Positions 1 to 11,519 are shown, counted from the first letter of the stretch. The stretch is 38,455 nucleotides of DNA from Octopus bimaculoides (GCF_001194135.2 NC_068981.1:85267415-85305869), one strand, 5' to 3'. Notes: generated from the sequence alone by a model not told the origin. Translations and numbers: made by a program.

Positions 1-41
1 TATATATATATATATATGTGTGTGTGTGTATATATGTATAT

Positions 42-223
42 ATATTTATATACTAAGGGTGATAAATTGAATATTAATTTATTAACATCAATTTAAAACC
101 AGTGGCCTAGCATGTAATACAATTTTTCTGAATTTTCAAATGTTTGTTATATGCTAGGCCACTGGTTTTAAATTGATGTTAATTAAATTAATATTCAATT
201 TATCACCCTCAGTATATAAATAT
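42..223. repeat. Near-perfect foldback: 72/73-bp inverted arms (42-113 and 151-223), 37-bp spacer
   Basis: The reverse complement of 151-223 matches 42-113 with one substitution and one 1-nt indel. Confidence 0.95.
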
Positions 224-673
224 GAATTTAAATAATTATGTTCTCTAACTGGCAACATCCACTGCAGTGAATTATCTTCTGCAGAACTTTTCCGGTATTT
301 AGTGCGCCAGAGCTGAGACATTTGAAAATAACCCCAATGTAATCGGTAGAACTGTACGCACGTCAAACTTTATGAAGACAGTCCGTATATAGTTCTGCAC
401 ATTATATTAGAACGGTCGTACTAATTAGTACTGACGAACCAAGAACGCTTTTACGTAAGTAAGAGAGTTGATAGCGATTACTTCTTTATTTTACATATTT
501 TCATTTGTCTTGCCCGCTTACGTTCTGGTGTTTGCTGAATTTTTTCTAGAGAACATCATTTTCTTTGTGGTTAGATCGTGGATGATCTCTTTCTAGCATA
601 TCGGATGTCCACTTAGTGGTCATCCCTTCTTATACGCATGTATGTATGTATATATATATGTATGTATATATAT

Positions 674-959
674 NNNNNNNNNNNNNNNNNNNNNNNNNNN
701 NNNNNNNNNNNNNNNNNNNNNNNNNNNNNNNNNNNNNNNNNNNNNNNNNNNNNNNNNNNNNNNNNNNNNNNNNNNNNNNNNNNNNNNNNNNNNNNNNNNN
801 NNNNNNNNNNNNNNNNNNNNNNNNNNNNNNNNNNNNNNNNNNNNNNNNNNNNNNNNNNNNNNNNNNNNNNNNNNNNNNNNNNNNNNNNNNNNNNNNNNNN
901 NNNNNNNNNNNNNNNNNNNNNNNNNNNNNNNNNNNNNNNNNNNNNNNNNNNNNNNNNNN
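674..959. other. Assembly gap (N run)
   Basis: N run flanked by (TA)n. The ORFs crossing it are artefacts. Confidence 1.
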
Positions 960-1956
960 TATATATATACTGGACTTAATACGGGTGTGTAGATATGAAG
1001 TGTGCGTGAGCTCGAAAGTGTGTAATGCTTGTGTGTGTGTGTTTCTTTTTAGTGTTAGTCTCCATTGTGAATCCAGTGAGTGGAAGCCTTTGTGTATAAA
1101 TTTATGTATGGTTGTATTATTATGTTATATGCATACGCGTGTGTATATGTGCGCGAATTTATGTACATACTTTTAGTGTTAATGTGTACTATGTCAGCCC
1201 AGTGTGGAAGGGGATAACTAATATATACGGATATAGGTATGGATATTGTGCGTGGAAGTGTTTATATCAGTCCGCATGCGTGTGACTGTGTATGAGCGTA
1301 TCTACGTTAGCTGCGTTAAGATGGGTTAAATGTGATGGTATTATGGGGAGTGAATATGTGTATGTATATGCCATTCTGTGTGTGTATATATCTCATTTTT
1401 GCTGTGAGTGTATGTATTATTGTGTTATGATGAATGCTCCTGGGTTGTTCTATGGATTGCTTGAACCTTGTATATATAACTGTGCACGTATAATGTATGA
1501 TTGATGTCTTATAAGCCTCATGCGAGTGTGAATGTGTCATTTAAGCCTATGCGTGATTAACTCGGAGCTATGTGCGATGTGAGTGGTATGTTGATGGAGG
1601 TATGGCAGAAATGAGTGGAGAGTGTGTGTATATGCTATTATGTGTGTCTTCATGTTGTGACTACGTGTATGAGAAAAACGTTGGACATTTGTGTGAGTGT
1701 GTATTTGATTTTATCTGAAGGCATGTGAAGATAGATGTATGTGTGTTCGTGTGTGTGTGCGTGTCATGTGCGTGATGATGTGCATGCGCGGCTATAGAAA
1801 AAGAGTGTAGTAATTGAATAAATGAGGAGTGGTTGTTTGAAGAATGAAAGATTAATGCGTATCTGTAGCAGAGACGCGGGAATGTCATGTAACAGAGGGG
1901 AGCTAAGCGACCAGACAATCGTCATCTGGTCCACCTTGTGTGTATATGTATGTGTG

Positions 1957-1990
<34 letters not shown>

Positions 1991-1995
1991 TATAA
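960..1995. repeat. Degenerate TG/TA-rich low-complexity tract
   Basis: Dense imperfect GTGT/TATG motifs; translations are H/T/I/Y/C/V-biased with no domain similarity. Confidence 0.6.
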
Positions 1996-2081
1996 AGAGA
2001 GAGAGATAAGGAGAGACAGAAAATGGAATTCACGAGATTCTTTTCTTCATTTATTAGTGTTAAGTATTTTATATGAGAGAA

Positions 2082-2479
2082 GCGTAGGTGGCTGTGTGGT
2101 AAGTAGCTTGCTTACCAACCACATGGTTCCAAGTTCAGTCCCACTGCGTGGCACCTTGGGCAAGTGTCTTCTACTATAGCCTCGGGCCGATTGAAGCCTT
2201 GTGAGTGGATTTGGTAGACGGAAACTGAAAGAAGCCCGTCGTATATATGTATATATATATATATGTGTATGTGTGTCTGTGTTTGTCTCCCCAGCATCAC
2301 TTGACAACCGATGCTGGTGTGTTTACGTCCCCGTAACATAATGGTTTGGCAAAAGAGACCGCTAGAATAAGTACTAGGCTTACAAAGAATAAGTCCTGGG
2401 GTCGATTTGCTCGACTGAAGGCGGTGCTCTAACATGGCCACAGTCAAATGACTGAAACAAGTAAACGAGTAAAAGAGTA
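2082..2479 (+). mobile_element. tRNA-derived SINE, local family A, full length, with internal (TA)/(TG) microsatellite
   Basis: A-box-like GGCTGTGTGGTAAG, B-box-like AAGTTCAGTCCC, CORE-like CCTTGGGCAAGTGTCTT, tail GAAACAAGTAAA..GAG. Aligns with about ten other copies in the window. Confidence 0.9.
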
Positions 2480-3119
2480 TATAAATTGAGTTGTCGAGAG
2501 AGCATTTTAAGCATCGAAAAAGATAAGTATAAGCGCAGGTTATGTAGGAGATGTGGAGGTTAAACGTGGTTAGGAAAGGACAGGTGTACCATCGAAATCT
2601 ACCAGCAAAGAAGAACTCAATATAAATGAGCTACGGATGAGTAGGCACGGAAAAAGTTAAACTCTGCACTCTTAAAGGAGTGGAGGAATGAGTTGAGAAA
2701 GGTATGAGAAGTGATGGGAATGGACCGGAGGACTTGGAATACAAGTAGAATACTCCGCTGGGCAGGTAGTATAAGAGGGTGGTAGGTGAGAGAGAAAGAA
2801 AGGAATTTGAGGGAGGTGGACGCAAGGAAGAGGGTAGAGGTGGGGTCGACTTTATGAGCAAGAGTGAGGGTGGTTTGCACTAAAGTGGGGGGTAATCCTC
2901 GTTGAGGGAAGTGTTAGTTCATATACTGAGATTGTGTCTCATATTCACGGTCACGGCTACAGAGACATCGAGGACGAATAATTGAGACAAGGAGGTTAAG
3001 TATTTTATATGAGAGAAGCGGATGAAGTGAATTCGTTCTCAATATAGGCAATGGTTTCGTCCACTCTATTACCGATGCAGCACAATGGAGACACTTGCTC
3101 ATTCCTAAGGTTGACCCTC

Positions 3120-3295
3120 TAATCTATGGCCAAAGCTTGGCCTTGCGCTATAAGTATGGTGTTCGGAATCTCTTTTTCCTTGTACCTTTTTTCAATGCCC
3201 CTTTCTTCAGCCAGTCCCATCTGTTTTCCAGCAACTTCATTTGTGGCTTTGTGGAATTGATTGCGTAGTTCCTTGTTTCTTTCAATAAGCCCTCC
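3120..3295 (-). pseudogene. R4/Dong-like (RLE-type) non-LTR retrotransposon fragment, post-RT region
   Basis: With one frameshift it reads LRNQFHKATNEVAG-NRWDWLKKGALKKGT...TILIAQGQAL, matching the remembered HGQF..W.WL..G.LK.ETE..I.AAQDQAL motif. Confidence 0.7.
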
Positions 3296-3339
3296 ATTAT
3301 TATACATGCTTAATTGGTTAAGGTGAAGCAACTGATAAG

Positions 3340-3547
3340 CACTAGTACATACTAATTATTTAGCATGAATATTATGTTAAGGTTTGGTGACAACGAATTC
3401 TCCTCAAATCTCAAGAATCTTTCTTAAAATCCTTGCAGAATATAGAATGGTACTTTCAGCAGGTCGACAATACGAACCTCAATTCCAATTTCTTCCAGTC
3501 TTTTAGGTAGTAGAATAACTATTGTCTTAGTCTTCCACAGTCTCTTC
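3340..3547 (-). pseudogene. R4/Dong-like retrotransposon C-terminus and 3' UTR
   Basis: KRLWKTKTIVI...KRLEEIGIEVRIVDLLK(S)TILYSARILRKILEI* (stop at 3404-3406), the typical end of an RLE-type ORF. Confidence 0.8.
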
Positions 3548-3570
3548 GGTTCTTTGGAGGATCTTTGAAT

Positions 3571-3756
3571 TGTTTCAGTCATCTGACTGCGGCTATGCCA
3601 TCAAGGGTTTCAGTCGAACAAATTGACCATAGGACTTATATTTTTAAGCCTGGTACTTATCATATCAGCCTCTTTTTGCCGGACCGCTAAATTACACACC
3701 ATAAACAAACCAACATTGATTGTCAAGTGGTGGAAAGGGACAAACACAGACATAAA

Positions 3757-3831
<75 letters not shown>

Positions 3832-3987
3832 GACAGGCTTCTTTCGTCTACTGTCTACCAATCCACTCACAAGGCTGTGATCTGCCCTAGGCTATAGGAG
3901 AAGACATTTACCCAAGTATTCACGCAGTAGGATTGAACCCGGAACCATGTGGTTGGGAAGAAAGCTTCTAACCACACAGCTACGTCT
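3571..3987 (-). mobile_element. SINE family A, full length, with internal (CA)n expansion at about 3761-3828
   Basis: Reverse complement aligns to 2082-2479. Confidence 0.9.
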
Positions 3988-4380
3988 ATTTCACATGTTT
4001 GGCATTGACTCTGTTATCAGGGAATTTCAAAATCTATAATCTTACACTGTTTATTTTGTTCTCTATGATAAAGAAAAAACCTGCCTTTTCTTGCTTCAGT
4101 AGTAATACCGTCAGTCTTTATGAGGAAGTCTCATAAGGTCTTGTTTTCTCTTTTTCTATCCTAACAGCCTCTGTTTCGTGTCCATTCCACCTTCGGTGTT
4201 ATCGCAAAGCCACACACTTGGCTAACATCCCAGTGCACTCTTACACAGTGCATTGTGAACAGTTTTTTTAGTTCTGTAGCTCGACCTTTATCCATTTCAG
4301 AAAGAGAGCAGTGTATTTTAATATTGGCATAGCGCATGTATTGATTGCTTTAATTATAATCTCTCCATTTAATTTTGTTT

Positions 4381-4437
4381 CGAGAAATATCGCTGAGCAT
4401 TCGCTCGGCGCGCTAACGATTCTGCCAGCTCACCGCC
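4381..4437 (-). mobile_element. SINE family B head only
   Basis: Reverse complement GGCGGTGAGCTGGCAGAATCGTTAGCGCGCCG matches the head of 35900-36020. Confidence 0.75.
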
Positions 4438-4474
4438 AAATATGGAAGTAGAACCACCCGACTTTTACAAGAAT

Positions 4475-4990
4475 GGCGTTGGATTGGCAGTACTGTTTAG
4501 GAAAGGCCGGAGTCTCTAGGTATGGTCGATCTTCTGAAACCCGCATGGTAAGCTGGTGGTCCTGGACGTGAGCAATAGCGAAGGTTGTGCCTTTAGACTG
4601 ATGACCGTCTACGCCCCTACCGGGGCCAAACAGCCGGACTTCTTTAGGTGTCTGAAAGCCTCTCTCGGTACGTATCGCCTTTTACTGTTAGTGGGGGACT
4701 GGAATGGCATCTTAGATTACGTTGGGATTGTGTGGGAGTAGCTGATAATAACGGGGGTGCAAAAGCCTCAAGCACCTTATCAGCCAGTTCCAACTGTCTT
4801 ACAGGTACCCACGAGATTTCCCTAATGCGCCAGTGTGGACCAGGACCAGCCGCATAGGATCATCTAAATCGTATGTATAGACAGGAAAATAGATAGTAAT
4901 AGTGTAGGCTGCCCACTTTATAAAACAGTCACCTATTCAGGTCACAAGTTTGTAATCTGTACGGTCGACCTAGATAAGATGCCTAGGTTA
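4475..4990 (+). pseudogene. Tx1/L1-like LINE ORF2 AP-endonuclease fragment (stops and frameshifts)
   Basis: GLAVLFRKG..KLVVLDV..FRLMTVYAP..LLVGDWNGILD, then SLKHLISQFQL..PVWT..SKSYV*DR..YSGHKFV; the VYAP, GDxN, SxxDR and SDH-like APE motifs are in order. Confidence 0.88.
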
Positions 4991-5558
4991 AGATCTGTAT
5001 TCTAAGTTTATATTTAAAAGTTATAACTCAAATAAAGTAGTTATTAGTCAGGGAAATGAGAGAAATTAAAATAAAACATTATTAGCAAGATTTACTTTTT
5101 AAAATATTTACTTTTTAAAATCTTTAAAGGTGCGGGAGTAACAATGCACACATAGAACCCTAAAGTCAGATCTATTGTTAATTAGATTAGGATTATCCTT
5201 TTTTCCTCCTCCTTCTTCCCCCCCCCTTTCTTTTTGTTCAGGTTTTGGCCATTAATATCATGGTTTTACTCATAAATAATATCTCTCTTCTACTACCCCA
5301 CATTAACGTATATCTTATTTTAACTATAAATGTTTATCTTGTTCTAATTTAATTATTAATGTTCCCTATGGTTTTAAACTTAGTACTTTAGTGTTTCCTT
5401 GTGTTATTCTAAATATACTGTAGAATAGATATATTTCTTTAATACCTTGACCTTAATTCCCTTACCTTAAATTTTCTCTAACCACTCCTTAGGATATTGT
5501 CTTTCCATTTTTTTCCTCATGTTTGATTTACCCCTAACCTGCTGTCCATCTCTACTTA

Positions 5559-5775
5559 NNNNNNNNNNNNNNNNNNNNNNNNNNNNNNNNNNNNNNNNNN
5601 NNNNNNNNNNNNNNNNNNNNNNNNNNNNNNNNNNNNNNNNNNNNNNNNNNNNNNNNNNNNNNNNNNNNNNNNNNNNNNNNNNNNNNNNNNNNNNNNNNNN
5701 NNNNNNNNNNNNNNNNNNNNNNNNNNNNNNNNNNNNNNNNNNNNNNNNNNNNNNNNNNNNNNNNNNNNNNNNNNN
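5559..5775. other. Assembly gap (N run)
   Basis: N run. Confidence 1.
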
Positions 5776-5818
<43 letters not shown>

Positions 5819-6321
5819 TCATTAACTCAAAAGCCAAGAGTTTCATGAATTTCACTCAGTAGTCTTTTAAAGCAGGAACAAGTTATCATAGCCATTTTCT
5901 TGTCTCCAGACTATCAGTCTTTGTTTCTCATGGTGCTGGATATCTAAGAAAGATGCCCGAATGATCTTTGTACACAGTCTCCTCCTTTAGTGTTGGCCGT
6001 GTATTAAAAAGTAACTTCAATCCTAACATGCATGGAAGCTGCCTTTATACCACTATTGGCTTCCATCGGTCACGGCTGACTGTACATCTGTACACGTTTG
6101 TGCAAACCTGGGCGAGGTTTCTTGGGGATAAAACTGACAGCTGCTCATGCATACAAGTCTTCCCACACCATCCCACGGATGTTATCGAAAGGAAAGGTTG
6201 CTGACTTGGGCTGATACAACTTGGCAACAATGTTGTCGCAGGTGCTGCCGTTAAAACATTAATAGCCATCTTGTTCGACCCGTTAACAGTTCTGCTAGTC
6301 TACCGTCATGTATTTTGAACA

Positions 6322-6445
6322 TTTTTTTATCGACTCTGAAAGGATAAAAGGTAAAGTTAAACTGGACGGGATTCGAACCTATGACACAAAGAACTGGGAC
6401 AAATATTACGAAGTGTTGTAACCAAAGATCTAATGGCTCTACCAA
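6322..6445 (-). mobile_element. SINE family B-related copy, decayed
   Basis: Reverse complement contains GGTTCGAATCCCGTCCAGTTTAACTTTACCTTTTATCCTTTCAGAGTCGATAAAAAA, like the family B body. Confidence 0.65.
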
Positions 6446-7044
6446 TACGCTTTCTTTTAGACGTCTACGGTTAATAAAATATATCGGGGTAAATTTAAGC
6501 TCTGTTTATAAATCAATGAAAGCTTTATAAACATTGTATGAGGGGGGAAAAAGACAAAAAGATATCGATACTCGTAACGAGAGACGAAGTAGAAAATGAG
6601 ACAGATACAAAAAATTACGGAGAACAATGAATCCTGTGTTATGTGAAAGGTATATATTAAACAATATCGTTACATCTAATGCACTGGAACAAATATATTT
6701 CAATGAGACGTAAGGAATTTGATATAAAAGAAATTACTCTATTTTATTGCCAGCTTTGACCGCCAAGCGTAACCTTTGCGAGGTATTAGTTTTCAGAAAG
6801 AACAAGTTGTTGTTATAGTTGATGTTGTGGTAGTAGCAGTAGTTGTTGTTGTTCTTCTTCTTCTTTAGCTCCAGGACAGCCATCATTTAATTAGATAAAG
6901 TTTATCTAGCTCCATATTTTTCAGCGTCATTCTTTAATTTATTATAGTAGAGTGTGATTTGAAGGAATTTGACTGTTGTCGAATAATAATGACTCATGGC
7001 TGAAAGATTATTTCTATTCGCAAGTTCTGGCGCCAACTGAATGT

Positions 7045-7200
7045 CTTTACGCTGTCACAGAAATGGTTATGTGACTAACAAGTTCACCTCGCAATCATGT
7101 GGTCTTCAGTTCAATCCCCTAGTGGATAGCTGTCTTTCAAAATTAGTTGACGTAAGATTTTATGAGTGAAATTTTGAGGACAGAGATGCACAGAATCCCA
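7045..7200 (+). mobile_element. Highly decayed SINE family A 5' half
   Basis: Weak match: ATCATGTGGTCTTCAGTTCAATCCC..TTTATGAGTGAAATTT..CAGAGATGCACAGAATCCC. Confidence 0.45.
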
Positions 7201-7426
7201 TTGATTGTGTGGGCGTGTATGTATGTATGTATGTATGTGTGTGCGTGCATGAAGTCATATAGTATATACCATAATGTACCAAGAAAGGTCATGTGCAAAC
7301 AATACTGATCTTACACAGGAGAGACAGCACGAACTATAATTATAAGATTCAGTGTGTATTGAAATAACTATTCCAAAAAGAAACCTGCATTCATAATTCA
7401 CTAACCTGAAACACTGCCTCTTGGGT

Positions 7427-7850
7427 GGTTGTAATGAGATCACAATAGTGACTAGAATATCAGTGTTGATTGCGATGAAATAGCGTGGTGATAGTTGCAT
7501 TGAAACAGATAGGCGCTGGTTGTAATAAGAGCTTATGAGTTTTGCGTGATACCGCAACCCGTTGTTGGTTTTAATGTTACAACTCAATACCCCGTGTAAA
7601 GAAATAATTTGCAGGTGTTTGTACTGACAAAATTATTGTGACCTTGATGAAACTGATTTGTGTTGTTCGCGCTTACTTAGTTTTTCTATATATATATAAT
7701 ACATATACCTTTGAAACAGCTCAGCATTGGCGATATTGAAACCATGAAATGTTGGTTGAGACGCTGTAATGAAATAACTTAATGATGGTTACATTAACAC
7801 AACTCCTATGGTAGCTGTAATGAAATAGCTCCGGATTGATTGTAAAGACT
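7427..7850. repeat. Decayed ~25-bp periodic repeat, core GGTTGTAATGAAATA
   Basis: Core variants start at 7427, 7468, 7493, 7518, 7567, 7763, 7787, 7814 and 7838; spacings are mostly 24-27 bp, one is 49 and one is 41. Confidence 0.5.
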
Positions 7851-8394
7851 CATGTGATTACGAGAATATCACAGTTCAATAATGCACAGTTCAAAAATCA
7901 ATTTCGCGGTTGAACGGTGGGCGTAATTATTTTTAAGCTTCCAAGGGAAATAACCCATTCCCTCCTTCGTAAATGGTTTGGTAAAAAGGAAATTGAGTAT
8001 ACTTATTTCTTAGTATTTGAACTGTTTTAGTTATTTTCTCAATTTATCCAGTACAAGGCTTAAACAAGTTAATAGTATTCTCCTAAACGATAGATCCACT
8101 TATTTCGGTTAGTGACTTATTCGCGAATATACCAACACTAGCGCTGCTGAGGGTAATATTCTCTGGGAACGCACGAAAGCTTTTTTCACAGTTAACATAT
8201 GCGTTTTACTCCATTCATTAAACTTATATATACTCAAGTACCCAAAATATCAAGGAGTTACACCACAGTTATTTTGTGATACCCTGGTATCTATTAACCG
8301 ATTTATTTTGTCCGAGTTATTTATTAATTAGGAGAAAATAAATACATATAATTATACATATATATATATATATATATGTAAAGTCTGTCATACC

Positions 8395-8434
8395 GGCCAT
8401 GACGAAGGGAAATAGCCCTGAAACTCGAGTCGCC
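8395..8434 (+). ncRNA. Minimal type I hammerhead-like motif (PLE-type) with a 1-nt insertion in the core
   Basis: GGC | C(A)TGACGA | AGGG-AAATAG-CCCT | GAAAC-TCGA-GTC | GCC; palindromic stem III, GUC triplet, 3-bp stem I. Confidence 0.6.
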
Positions 8435-8990
8435 TTTATATATTTATATATTTGATCCTTTATATTGAACACTCAATATTTCATCTACATTCAATACTTT
8501 CTTTCATGGTGCCATCCATTTTTATTTTATATTATATACCCCACATTGGTTCTGCAGGAATATAAATAAAACATAAAAAAACAGACAGTGTTGGAACTCT
8601 TTTAAACAAAATAATATATATATATATGAACAAACACATATACATACGCTACGAATTAAAGTGAATTTGTATATAGATATATAAATAATACATATTTTTA
8701 ACGGCTATCCTCTTCAAATTAAACTACACACACATACATAAACAAATCAATCTCATTCGATAAGATTTTATAATAATAAATACATAGGCAGTAATATCCA
8801 TTGAATATGTAAACCAATAGAAATTTACATAGATAAGTTTTATTTTTTATTTTACTTTATATTATATATTTATCATTATTTGGTTTTTATTTTTATCTTT
8901 TATTATTTACCCTTATACTATTTTTAGATATTTTAATATTATTTTTTAAAAATTATTAGCATATAAATACACACAATAAATATATATTTC

Positions 8991-9333
8991 TTAGGAGGAG
9001 GTTTTTCCCTCTTTCTCAAAGGCTATCAATACTTTCGAGACAGTACTTCTTGATACACCAAGCATTTCGGCCTTTTTCGATACGCTAGCACCTGCAATAC
9101 GAGCATCAACAATTTGACCTCTTTGAAAGTCCGGTAGATCTATCATCTTAATGAATTTTAATTACCTTTTTCTGATGATGCCTGAAAAGAAACAGCAATT
9201 TTAGCAAAACATTAAGCAACACTAATAAGAAATCAAAAAACATAAAAATAAACAAGGTTTCGACGGTTTTATAGATATCTCAGAATTATGATGCTATATC
9301 GCTAGGTGTTTCCATTATTTTGTCAAGCCCCTG
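8991..9333 (-). mobile_element. Tc1-family transposon 5' end (TIR plus truncated transposase)
   Basis: TA|CAGGGGCTTGACAAAATAATGGAAACACC TIR at 9333-9303. ORF 9146-8991: MIDLPDFQRGQIVDARIAGASVSKKAEMLGVSRSTVSKVLIAFEKEGKTSS*, a Tc1 paired-like HTH. Confidence 0.88.
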
Positions 9334-9365
<32 letters not shown>

Positions 9366-9369
9366 TATA

Positions 9370-9718
9370 CCACATGGTTCTGGGTTCAGTCCCACTGCGT
9401 GGCACCTTGGGCAGGTGTCTTCTACTGTAGCCTCGGGCCGACCAAAGCCTTGTGAGTGGATTTAGCAGACGGAAACTGAAAGAAGCCCGTCGTATATATA
9501 TATATATATATATATATATACGTGTGTGTGTGTTCCCCCAACATCGCTTGACAACCGATGCTGGTGTGTTTACGTCCCCGTAACTTAGCGGTTCGGCAAA
9601 AGAGACCGATAGAATAAGTACTAGACTTACAAAGAATGAGTCCTGGGGTCGACTTGCTCGACTAAAGGCGGTGCTCCAATATGGCCAGAGTCAAATGACT
9701 GAAACAAGTAAAAGAGTA
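9370..9718 (+). mobile_element. SINE family A, head truncated
   Basis: Close alignment to 2082-2479 from CCACATGGTTC to GAAACAAGTAAAAGAGT. Confidence 0.92.
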
Positions 9719-10715
9719 ATAAAATGTCAGGGTACAATATGCACCTGCTTACATGAAAGAGGAGTTAAAACCCTCCAAAACTACCCATCTCCCACTATAT
9801 GTAAACATGCACGGAGAATATAGCAAATATATTTCTCCGAAACAGTCCTCCCACGTGTGTGTGTGTGTTCTGAAAAATATTCCGAAAAAAACCATTACTA
9901 GCTTTTTACAGCGCAATGCTTTGATAACCTAAATATCTGTAAGCTGCCCTCTTTCTCTCTCAATCTCTATTTCCGTCTCTCTCTTTCACTCTCTCACTCT
10001 TTCTGCTCTTCATGGGCTTATATCGATCGAAGAATCTATTCAAATTTTTCATGCAGGCCATTCCTTAGAAGAGAATCCTGCAGTTTACTCACAGTGGTCT
10101 ACTCGCACAGCGAAGTTAAATGTGTGTCTATCAGATGTACGGATATAAACTTATTTACAAATTCAAGTCAGTGTGTGTGGTGGGGAGGAGTGTTACCGAT
10201 AAATTGCTGCATCGAACAAAGTGCTTCCTTGTATTTATTCCTTTATGCAGAGGGAATCACTGGCCATTCGATAAGCAGACATTGATAATATAAGTCAAAG
10301 ATACAGCACAGAGTTATTAATCATTTGATACTCCACAAGGTAGTTCTGCCACATGGCCACAGACTGAAAACTGATAACAGTAAGTGTGTGATAAAAGAGA
10401 ATTTCTTTCTGATTTTAGAATCACCTAAGAAATGCGTCATCACACACAGAGATGTCCTGGCTGTTTACGTTACTGCTTCCGTTTTCAGAATATTGCTTTC
10501 ATTTATGTGAGTGCCACCGGGAACATAGGCTTGATAATCAAAACTGTACAGACTTTAAGTTATTGCTACCATTTCGCATCAAGCCTATGAAATAAATCTG
10601 TTTATACAAAAAGATATATAATACTATCGCAAACCATTTTAGCAAGTTATTAATCCTCCAAGATCCTTTTTTTTTTTACTTTATCATTTATTTTTTTATC
10701 TTTATATTTCATACT

Positions 10716-10892
10716 GTACTTGTTTCTGTCATTGGACTGCGGCCATGCTGGGGAACAGCCTTAGTCGGACAACAGATCGACCCCAGTACACTTTTGTTAA
10801 CCCTGGCACTTACTCTAACGTCTTTCTTTGCCGAATCACTAAGTCACGGGGATGTAAATAAACCAACACCAGTTGTCAAGTGGTGGTGGGAA
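10716..10892 (-). mobile_element. SINE family A 3' half
   Basis: Reverse complement aligns to the post-microsatellite half of family A. Confidence 0.75.
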
Positions 10893-10957
10893 TCTACATT
10901 CTGGATAATATTCATAATCCAGGAAAGCGAATCCGGAGTTTCCCATCGGAGGAATTA

Positions 10958-11335
10958 CAGCGAGATTGCTCATACGCTTAGTACTACCTGATGCGGTTAG
11001 CCGTAACCTGGAATATACCTGAGAGCTTCCACGGTACCCGCGTGGATAATTTTATCCCTATGCACTCAGATTACACACACACACACACATACACCAGACT
11101 TGCTTTTAAAAGATAACGCTGTGATTACAGAAAAGACATCAAACTGTTGCATGCTAGTAAAGCACGACCAATAAACACACACATATCATTGCGTTTGTGT
11201 GTGTGGGGAGAGAGAGAGAGAAAGAGAATTATCCAGGCGGGTACCGTGGTAGCTCTCGGGTATATTCCAGGTTACGGCTAACCGCATCAAGTAGCACCAA
11301 GCAACAATGATTGCTAAGTATTAGCAATCTCGCTA
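10958..11335. mobile_element. MITE with long TIRs and probable TA target duplication (Tc1/mariner-type)
   Basis: 70-bp inverted match 10982-11051 / 11227-11296 with five mismatches, extending to TA|CAGCGAG.. at 10956 and ..CTCGCTA|TA at 11337. No coding capacity. Confidence 0.85.
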
Positions 11336-11519
11336 TAATGCCTCTGATGAGAAACTCAGAGTTCACTTTCCTGGATTATGAATCTTATCCAAAGTGTAGA
11401 TTTCAAACAATTATAAAGAATACGGAGACTGGCACATCATCATATTATTCTTTTAATTTAATTTTACAGCTGGTCATACAGCATAATTCTTTGATTACTG
11501 TGACCGACACGTGTTTCTG

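Noticed and set aside
415-450. GTC-GTACTAATTAGTAC-TGACGA: a 14-bp palindrome between a GUC and a CUGACGA-like motif, possible type III HHR
   Set aside because: No downstream GAAA, stem II or stem III; the register of stem I versus C3 does not fit.
616-1176. Long ORFs spanning N runs (also at 5.5, 15.3, 27.1 and 36.1-37.3 kb)
   Set aside because: They stay open only because of Ns and microsatellites. Only the PLE-like part of 36341-37753 minus is real coding sequence.
3040-3110. Minus-strand GAGTGGAC-GAAAC-CATT-GCC, possible HHR 3' half
   Set aside because: No CUGANGA upstream and the triplet is GCC; too decayed to support.
4598-4640. CTGATGA motif (also at 9172, 11343 and about 24327 minus)
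   Set aside because: These lie in LINE or Tc1 sequence, or lack stem II and stem III; chance occurrences.
8271-8289. TTTTGTGATACCCTGGTA, possible Tc1/mariner right TIR
   Set aside because: Short match with no partner end found.
10251-10379. AG...GTAAGT-bounded plus-strand segment
   Set aside because: Stops in all three frames, and the next acceptor is only about 38 bp away.
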